A stretch of 64,000 bases of DNA from Raja brachyura (taxonomy: Eukaryota): NCBI GenBank assembly GCA_963514005.1, contig OY740804.1, positions 5,394,001 to 5,458,000 on the forward strand. The letters are read 5' to 3'. Positions within the stretch are counted from its first letter, which is position 1. Each line of letters begins with the position of its first letter. The notes under the pieces were generated by a model that worked only from the letters and a program-made list of their open reading frames with translations, searched no databases and was not told the origin of the DNA. The translations under genes were made by a program, and so were the position numbers. This document shows, one piece after another, positions 55,172 through 64,000 of the stretch.

Positions 55172-58100
55172 CTATCAATGGACAGGGTATTTGAAAGCAT
55201 TAATGGAAACCGTTTGGATACATTCGGCGATGAAAAGTGATTGCTTTGGTCAGGGAGTGTTGAATCTATGGATTTCATTGCCACAGGAGGCTGTGGAGGC
55301 CAAGTCAATTCACACCGGAGATGCTGCCTGTCTCACTGAGGTACTCCAAATCAATTGATATTTTTAAGGGGGAGATTTTGATATTCTTGATAAATAAGGA
55401 TGTCAATGGTTATGGGGAGAAAGAGGAGAATGGGATCGAGAGGGAAGGATAAATCAGCTGTGATTGGGGGCGGATTAGATATGATGGGCTGAATGGCCGA
55501 ATTCTGCTCCTATAATTTATGACCATGGTGACAATAAAACCTACCTTAGAGCCTTTTGTGAACACCTCGGTTGCGATACTCCAGATCACAAGCAGGAGAA
55601 AGAGCAGCCAGCGCCCCACTTTCCATGAGATGTAACTGGGCAGAGGGCAAGAGATACAGAATCAATGGGAGGAAATTAGACGGTTTATCTTTGGAGCATT
55701 TACCTGTTATTTGTTCCATAATCTTGGTGAAGTGGAGCGGGACGAAGCAGCAGAGTTAATGGAGATCATCTTGGAGAAAGAACGGGTGTTAGACGTGGGG
55801 GGAGGGACAACTTATGATCATATGTTGGAGAAAGAGCGGGAGAGGCAGTATCTCTGGAGAGAATGGAGGAAGATTGCAACCTTCACGTGGTCCGCCCTGT
55901 TTCGACTAGTGCAATCAACTCGACGTGCAAATTAGAACAAGTTGTCCACCAACTATAGGCTGTGCACGCCACACGAAAGAAGAAGACTGGGAATCACGGG
56001 AGAGGGAAACTGGGGATGTGGAAGGATAAAAGAACAAGAAGAAAGAAAATCCAGCTGCAAGGAAGATTATAATAAAATCCATATGGATAGACAGGAATAA
56101 TAAAAATGGATCAATTCTAATGATGAAAGGGAGGTGGGGAATAAATATGGAAACGGATGAGGCCAATTATAAAATCAATTAAAAATGATAATGCATAATC
56201 TCACACCCTGGATACCTCTTGGATTAACGCAGTAGGCGTGTGGTTGGAGGAAATGTGTTCGAAACATCGATTAAAGGTTCGCTCATAATGGCGTGGCCTT
56301 TATGAACATTCTTATTTCCTAACGCAAGGGCAATGCAAGAGTGTGATAGAAAGTCAGATCTATTTCAATTGTAATAAGATAAATAACAAAGTATTCTCAC
56401 TTTCGTGACTATATTATGATTGAATATTTAATGGTTACAAGTTTCAACGAGTAAAATAACGTCAGTTAACTCATTTTGCTGTATTCGGTCCAATTCAAGA
56501 CTATTTTGTCATATTCTGCACCAGCGATTTTATGGTGTTTGACCCCATCAGTTGCAAGGTGTTGCCACACGTGATATCAAGGGGGGTGTCTTCGCCCATA
56601 ATTCACAATGCATTTTCCTATCAGCACCACACCAGAGCAAATCACAGCAAAGCTAAACTGCTAGACTTGGGTTTGGCAACTATGTTCATCTCACAGCATT
56701 GGATGAGATTAGTGAAGGAGGTCATGGTGAATACTGCAGGGAGCACTCTCCGAAAAGCAGCAAATGGAGGAACATGTTCTTATCATCCAAGTACATGCAC
56801 AACACAATGAGATGTAAACCCAGTGCGATTTCCCCTTCTGATGAGTTAACTAATAACTGGTTTGTACGTTATATTTATTTTATTAAAGAATATTTAGAAG
56901 ATAAATTTATATTTGGTGTCAGGCTTGAAGCATATACAACAATTGATATGCTTCCTGCTATTTGGGTTAATTGGATCAAAGGCCCATAGAGTAGAGAAGA
57001 CCCATAGAGTAAAGACCCATAGAGTAGAGAAACAGGCCGTTTGGTCATTCAGTCAACTGCACACACGATTCCTGTGTCAATCCTATCTTTATTTTCCCTA
57101 CTTTCTCACCAACTACCACTACCGTCCAACACCCCCCCCACCCCCCACCCACCCCACCCATTCTTCACAGATTCAACCGCTCTCCTGTGCACACGGGCAG
57201 CTTACAACTGGCACGCCTTTGGGAGCTGGAAGGAAACTGGAGAACTTAAATGAAACCAACACAATTAAAGGCTAAACATACAGACCACACATAGACAGCA
57301 GTACAGCACCTAATGAACCTATGTCGTGGCGTTGTGAGGCTGTGGCTCGACAGGCTGTGCCATTGTGCATTCAGATCAATACTCTCACGCATTTAATGCC
57401 AGTGAAAGGAAGGCTTAACTTTCTCCCAATTAAAGCATTCCCAATCAAACTCCAGCAATTAGTACATTGTAACTTTAATTGGAAACAGAGTGGTTTACCT
57501 TGCGGAGTAATTGGATGTTATAGAATTTTCACAAGAATATTCATGACCTGTTGGAACAAGGAAATAAAAGTCAGTTTCACTGCTTTTCACGCAGTTGAAC
57601 AAGTAGGTATGATTTTCCCATGTAAGATTTTCCGATGATAGGCTTAACAGACAGGGTAATGCTTCTTCAAAGTGATTTGCAGCAAATGGAAGATGTTATC
57701 ATAACAAGCAGGAGTGCTGGTAACAACTCTGGCGCCAGGTGTAGACGGCACGGTGGCGCAGCGGTAGAGTTGCTGCCTTACAGCGCCAGAGGCAAGGGTT
57801 CGATCCTGACTACGGATGCTGTCTGTACGGAATTTGTACCTCCTCCTTGTGACCGCGTGGGTTTTCTCCAAGCACTCCAGTTTCCCCCGCATTCTGAAGT
57901 CGTGCAAGTTGGTTGGTTAATTGGCTTCTGTAAATTGTCCCCATTGAACTAGTGTACTGGTGAATACTGGACGCTGTGTACTCAGTGGGCGGAAGAGCCT
58001 GCTTCCATAATGCATCCATAATCAAAAGGGTCCAATTTCACTTGAGAGGAGTAATGCTAGGGACAAAACATTACAGTTATGGGGAGGGGCTGGATTGGGG

Positions 58101-61100
58101 TTTAATAAAATTCCATGCAGAACAGGTGAGGAAGGGAGAACCTATTACAGGTGTGCAAAACTGTGAGCAGCATGGATAGGGTATTTTTGGAACATATAGC
58201 ATGACATCGTATAAGTGGAGAACATATGGTTAAGTTAAGGAGCAGGGTGTTTCAACGGTATCAAGAAATATGTTTAAACCGAGAAGATAGAGGTACCTGA
58301 ATTGCCACAATGGACAGATGCTGGTAAATGGGATTAGTATTGATAGTACTGAATGGTAAATATTAACACATTGGACCAAATCTAATACCATCATCAAGGA
58401 GATAACTGTGGCCACATTTTCAATAATATCTGATCCCTTCCCATATTTGAGTGATGGTCATGTGGAGATTATGGAAAGTGAAAGTGCTTGGACTGATGTC
58501 CGTGCAAACCTAGTTTAAAGCTGTGTAAACATAAGAGGCAGTTTTAGCCATGAGGTTGGCCTACACCAGCACTGGGAAATCTATTTCTGGAGCCCAGCAA
58601 CCAAGTATTGACAATTGGCAATAATTCCATCATTTTGATCTTGGTAAGATAATTAAATAACGTGCATGGATTTCAGGGTGTCGGGGTTATGGGGAGAAGG
58701 CAGCAGAATGGGGTGAAGAGGGGAAGATAGATCAGCCATGATTGAATGGTTTATTTCTGCTTCTCTCACTTGTGAACGTATGAACCACCCCACCCCACTT
58801 CCCCTTCTTCTCCGCATTCCCTCCACAACTTACCAGTGCCATTGATTTTCACTAGGAAACTGCAGGACACATCACTGCTGGAGATGAACACGTTGACCAT
58901 TTCACTGGATTTTGATCCAAGTTGATTTGAGGCTGTGCAATAATATTGATGGTCCTGGTTTTGGGAGGCTTGACAATGTAGATCCAGGGCATTGTTGTCT
59001 GAGATATTTGAATCCACAGATGGGGTCTTTTCATACCAGGTGTAGCTAATGGGCAGTGATCCACTGACCGACTCACAGGACACTGTCACTGAGCCCCCGA
59101 GACAGGAGACATTGGCTGATGACTGAAATTCAAGCACAGGAACAGACACAGGTTCTGTGGGAAAGGAGCAAACACTGGGTGAACATCTGAAAAATCAAAC
59201 TCGCCAATATCCACCATCTCTGTATCTTAGCCAGAGCCGCTAGGTTGGAATCTGACCCGTCCATCTACATAGAGTCATAGTCATACAGAGTAGAAACAGG
59301 CCCTTCAGTCGAACGTGCCTACGCTGACCAACACGACCAATCTACACTAGTTCTACCTGCCCTTTCTTGGCCCTTAACCCACTAAACATATCTTATTCAT
59401 GTACCTGTCCAAATCTTTCTTAAATGTTGCGATAGTACCTGCCATAACATGCCCGTACGAAGCTTTTCAAAAATGGGGGTGGCATGTGAGGATTCCAAAA
59501 ATTTTATGTGAAATAATGTGCACGCTGCGCACATCACAAGTGGGAAGTCTCGCATCCGGGTTCCAGGGCCTGCTCAAGGGCCCTGAAAGCTCTGGGATTT
59601 TAGATGCTCTCTGGTGCATTCTGCGCCTTATTTTGGAGCTTTTTTGCACCAAATGTATGACCAATATTTCAGAAGTAATTTTGGTTGAGTCAAGAGCAAT
59701 GAGTGGGTGGAATGGGATGATTGTGGTCATTGTTGTATACATTTTTTTAAATTTAGAATAGTTGTCATTGTTTTAATAATCAAGTTGTATTGTTATAAAA
59801 TGTTATGTAAAATGTTATAAAGCAGCATGCAAAAACTGTAAAAAATAAAGGTAAGTTTTTGCAGTAAAGAAAAACTTTTTTTAGAAAATGTTTTGTGTGT
59901 TGATTTGATTGCCTGTTACTGTTAGACAGTGTTAGTGTGCGCAGTGCACCTTTAATGGTCGTCCTGACCTAACAACTTCATATCACATCAACCTCAACAT
60001 GAAATAGTTCAGTTTTCCGAGAATGTAACTGTGCAAACCTACTCACCACTTTGTCCAAGTCATGGGCAAAGTCATAGTGAACGTGCATTAAGGCGAGTGC
60101 AGACAGCCTGTCATTGCTCATGGAAGTCCTGGCATAGCGATGCAGGTGATGGACACTCGTGTACACTGCTTAAATAGCCATTTCGCCATAAATAATGTTT
60201 TCCAGCTCCATTTTCCAAGAGTGTAACTGCGCTAACCTAGTCACGGCTTTGTCCAAGTTATGGGCAAAATCATAGTGGATGTGGATTAAGGCAATTGCAG
60301 ACAGCCTGTTATTGCTCATGGAAGTCCTGGTCTTTCCTTCTTTGCAGATGTGAAAACGTGTTTGTCCCCGTTGGCTGGATGAAAGTGAGATGCTGAGTGA
60401 GATCGCGCCCACTGCAAGTGAGCCGCTCAGGCTCATGTCCAAGGGCCCTGGCTACCTCTGCAGTCAAATGGAGGGGGACAGGCGGGGTCGGCAGAGCGCT
60501 GTGGAGAGACTGGCTGCTGACAAGGCCAAGAACTTGAAGAGCGAGATGGCGAAGGGGTGCAAAGTGGAGCCCAATGGTTTGTGCAAGTCCGCCTCCGAGA
60601 TAAGTCTTAATAAGCATTAAGACTTATCTGGCCTCCGGCAGCCCCCAGCAGAGAGGGCAGCTGGGTCTCCCGCCTGACATTGTGCGTCGCTCCAGCTCCA
60701 AGAGGCAGCTCAGGCCCGACTCTCTGGTCATGTACCGGTAGAAGTGTGAGTTCATGCGGGGAGCGGCGGCCACCAGCAGCGCCCGCAGTTTCAAGGGCAG
60801 TGGCAGCCTGGTCTGTTGGCTGCTGCCCGGCTATAGCGGCCAGAGTGACAAGCAGCAGGGGCTGGCAACAGGAGCAGCAATGTCGGAAGGGGAGAATTAG
60901 CAGAGGGTACAGAGGCTGCAGCACCCCAGGGTGCACAAGTAATCACACCAGCAGCATTCCAGGGTTCACAAGTAACCACACCAGCAGCACTCCAGGGAGA
61001 AACAGCAGCCTCGCCAGCAACACCCCAGGGTGCACAAGTAACTACACCAGCAGCACCCAAGGGTGCACAAGTAACTACACCAGCAGCACCCAAATGGTGC

Positions 61101-63719
61101 ACAAGTAACTGTAGATTGATGTTGCATGTTAACCAATCACACACCAGCCAGCATCTCTAACTCCACCCCGCTGTAATACTGATACTAATACTATTGCTCT
61201 GCACCAAGAGTTGGGGCAGCCAGGATGTATGGATAACTAACCATCCTTCGAGCTGTTAAGTTTTAGTGCTGATTAAAGATGTGTTTGAATCATGTACTGA
61301 GTCTGGAAGTCATTTACATGGCATCGGAAGCGGATGGATCCACTCCTTCTGTATAACGGTTTTTTGTTTTACCCTTTTTTGAGTTTTTAGTTTGCTTTAT
61401 GATGGCCCCTTCCTGTCGAAAGCCTGATCCTCTCATCTTTGATGCTGACATCAGCGAACGCTGGGCCATGTTTCAGTTGTACATGTGCGGATGAGGTCGA
61501 ACTTGGGTGAATTGTGATCAGCTTCGGCCGCTCATCTGTACAAAACATGCCATTGCAGTAAATGACACCTTACTATCCCCCCCTCTTTAAATAGTTCCCA
61601 TTACGTCTGTCCTCCACTTTCTCATCCTACACATCGTGGGAAAGTGAACATGCTTCTTGTGATTGATACATTTCTATAAGTTCCTCGCTCAATCATTTCC
61701 ACACCAAGGAATGAAGTCTGAGTTTGTCCAATCGCTCCCTGCGTTAATCCCATCCTGTCTTGGAGCTGGGGATCTAAAGCTGAACACAATTCCCAGAATG
61801 TGGACTCAACATCTGCACGTCTGCAGCATATTATGTCAAATTATGTTGTGAATGTTCTCACTGATGAAGACCAGCGCGCTAAAACCCCAATTCAATGCCT
61901 TGGAATTTAAAGGCGAAAATTAATTAGGATCCTTTTAAGAAAGACACAAAATGGTGGAGTAACTCAGCGGAGCAGGCAGCATCTCTCGAGAGAAGGAATG
62001 GGTGATGTTTTGAGTCGTGACCCTTCTTCAGCCTGAGAGTCATGGGAAAGGGAGACAGAAGAGAAATGGAAGGGCAAGGTGTGAAAACTATTGATCAAAG
62101 GTGAAAATATAAAAAGAAAATGTAGAATGGATCATTGTCAGCTGAATGGAAGGTGACAACAAGGCATACACTCATTAAAATATAATCAGGAAGACAGTGA
62201 AACTAAATGGGAAACTAGGACGGGCGGGGTGGAGACAGGAGTAAAGCAAGGGTTACTTGAAGTCAATATTCAAACCGCTGGGTTGTAAGCAAAGCCGAAT
62301 TATGAAGTGCTGTTCCTCCAATTTACGTGTGTCCTCACTCTGACAGTGGAGGAGGTCCAGGACAGAAAGGTGAGAAAAAGGGTCTCGACCCGAAACGTCG
62401 CCTATCTCCTTCGCTCCTTGGATGCTGCTGCACCCGCTGAGTTTCTCCAGCTTTTTGTGCAACCCTCGATTCTCCAGCATCTGCAGTTCCTTCTTTAACA
62501 CAAGGTGAGTTTGGGAATGGGAGGGGGAATTAAAGTGTTTAGCAATCGGGGAGTTGCGTAGGCCGAGGCAGACTGAGCGGAATTGTTCACCGAAGCGATC
62601 GCCGAGTCTGCGCTTGGTCTCCCATCTACTATATCCACTTGTTCACGCCTGGAACAGCGGATATAGTAAATGAGGTTACAGAAGATGCAAGTGAACCTCT
62701 GCCTCGCCCGAAAAGGTGCAGGGGAAGGTACCTGGGGAGGGGTTGGTTTGGGTGGGAAAGGACGAGTTGACCAGGGGGTTACGGGGTGAACTGTTTCTTC
62801 GGAGAGCAGAAAGCGGTGGAGATGGAAAGATGTGGTTTGTTGTGGTATCCCGTTGAAGGTGGCGAAAATGTTGGAGGATTATGTGCTGTGTGCGACGGCT
62901 GATGGGGCGAAAGATTAGGTTATCCTGCATACCACCAGGGTAAATGTCCGGGTGGAGATGCTGGCTGGCTGGCTGGCTGGCTGGCGGCGGTGGGTGGACA
63001 GGGGCTGCTGGGGGTGGGGGCACATTGACGGGGCAGAGGGCGCGCGGGGTGGGGAGGAAGTGACTGATACCTGAGGTGAGGGCAACACTTGTTTCTCACT
63101 GATCTGTCCCCCTCGGATTATTAGTTTGAGTGGGAATGCAAACCTCTGACAGGGTGACATTTCATACAGTTCAGAGGCAGGGAAATGTGCTGAGCGTCCC
63201 ACTTGAAGTGTGTGGCCGCTCAGTGGGACAGAGCCCGCACTGGGTGAGAGCAACATGAGTGGGGTTTCCCGACCCCCGCCCGCTCCCCGCAGGTCCCTGC
63301 ACTGCTGCGGAGCCTCGGGATATCGGTGCTGCCCTGAAACTTCCCGGAGAAAACATGGATCAGGCATTTCAGTGGAGAAATCAATCAATCGCTGCGAAAC
63401 GTACCGTCAGATACTTGGAGATATACGGAAAACTTTGGATCCAAGGTAGTTGTATTAATTCCGCAGTTGTACCATCCCGTGTCTCCAGAGTGAAGATCCT
63501 CCACAGTCACAGTAAATATTCCTCGTGCCGGGTTATCTGTGATTGATGCTCTTCCACTCCGTCGGTGTTCCCCTTTTGTTTCCACTAAAACTCTACACTG
63601 GCGATCCCACCCGTGACACCAGTATTTTGTGTGTGAGCGGTACTCTGCTTCATAGTGACAATCGACTGTGACCGCTCTTCCCACAACTCCTTTTACATAT
63701 TTCTTTCCCCACAACGCAC
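55064..63719 (-). CDS. Gene B (5'-partial): activating-type MDIR/CD300-like receptor, V-C2-stalk-charged TM-short tail
   Basis: Exons 63405-63719, 58834-59154, 57499-57547 and 55545-55635 are phase-compatible with GT-AG borders; last exon 55064-55171 is tentative; no leader exon in the window. Confidence 0.78.
55545..55635 (-). CDS. Gene B transmembrane exon (S)YISWKVGRWLLFLLLVIWSIATEVFTKGSK with basic residues
   Basis: Acceptor ctcttgccctctgcccag; phase-2 start fits the micro-exon; donor AAG|GTAGGT. Confidence 0.82.
57499..57547 (-). CDS. Gene B 49-bp stalk micro-exon (G)HEYSCENSITSNYSA
   Basis: Same length, phases and acceptor context as 18900-18948. Confidence 0.85.
58834..59154 (-). CDS. 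Gene B exon: C2/FcR-like Ig domain (close paralog of C2b)
   Basis: [27 protein letters not shown]...YYCTASN; 321 bp; donor G|GTAAGT. Confidence 0.92.
59448..60330 (-). mobile_element. hAT transposon remnant with a duplicated C-terminal dimerisation segment
   Basis: RTSMSNDRLSALALMHVH and RTSMSNNRLSAIALIHIH about 198 bp apart; starts where similarity to the gene A intron ends. Confidence 0.65.
60331..60900 (+). pseudogene. FAM110C: FAM110C-like gene fragment, disrupted
   Basis: PLRLMSKGPGY...SAVERLAADKAK (60390 frame) and, after a frameshift, RPDSLVMYR*KCEFMRG; these match FAM110 family motifs as recalled from memory; preceded by acceptor-like tctttccttctttgcag. Confidence 0.75.
60917..61109 (+). 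repeat. 33-bp minisatellite, about 6 units
   Basis: cagcaccccagggtgcacaagtaa(t/c)cacaccag units; one frame reads AAPQGAQVTTP. Confidence 0.85.
61110..61473 (+). mobile_element. Gypsy-like 5' LTR, PBS and start of gag, truncated
   Basis: TGTA...TACA 61110-61318, TGG-starting PBS at 61319, ORF MAPSCRKPDPLIFDADISERWAMF from about 61399. Confidence 0.65.
63405..63719 (-). CDS. Gene B exon: V-set Ig domain
   Basis: ALWGKKYVKGVVGRAVTVDCHY...KYWCHGWDRQC...DTGWYNCG; 315 bp, phase 1-1. Confidence 0.92.
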
Positions 63720-64000
63720 CTGAAACGGAGAGGAAACATCTTGTGAAAATGAACAGGAAGAATCGGGTGAACATTCGGAATGATCAGGGGTGCGCTGGAC
63801 AACATTCATCCCCCCACCAACACTGGACCAGATCATCCATCGCTGCACGGACTTGCCCTCGTTTCAATTGGAAGCGTCTCTGCCATCTCCAACCCAGTGG
63901 TAGGGAACAACATCTCATATTTCCCATCGGCAGATTACACCCCAATGGTATGAGTATTAATATCTCTTACTTCAAGTAAACCTTGCATCCCCTCTCTGTC

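Noticed and set aside
56983-57030. Triple cccatagagta repeat
   Set aside because: Slippage at a SINE/LINE tail with no evidence of function.
60917-61109. 33-bp repeats as a CRISPR-like array
   Set aside because: Head-to-tail units with no unique spacers in eukaryotic DNA; this is a minisatellite.

Overview
Vertebrate genomic DNA, very likely from a cartilaginous fish (skate/ray; inferred from HE1-type SINEs and skate MDIR-like genes). The window holds two tandem, minus-strand immunoglobulin-superfamily receptor genes of the CD300/pIgR-related MDIR type. Gene A (9250-47539) can be spliced by hand, with canonical GT-AG sites and consistent phases, into a complete ~592-aa ORF: leader-V-C2-V-C2-49 bp Cys micro-exon-uncharged TM-tail with three ITIMs and one ITSM (inhibitory). 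Gene B (~55064 to beyond 63719; leader outside the window) is V-C2-micro-exon-TM with Arg/Lys-short tail (activating type). Together they look like a paired-receptor locus built by domain and signalling-module shuffling. The introns are dense with TEs: an intact full-length CR1 LINE, young truncated CR1 copies, two DIRS1 elements (one nested in a hAT element), L1, L2, Rex/Babar, Penelope-like fragments with hammerhead-ribozyme-like motifs, HE1 SINEs, and a composite insert carrying a FAM110C fragment. Most notable signals: a U_UUA_AAC slippery site plus G-tracts exactly at the CR1 ORF1/ORF2 junction (possible programmed -1 frameshift), and near-identical inverted CR1 pairs bracketing in-frame Ig exon blocks. 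All calls were made by eye; TE boundaries are approximate and family names were not checked against databases.
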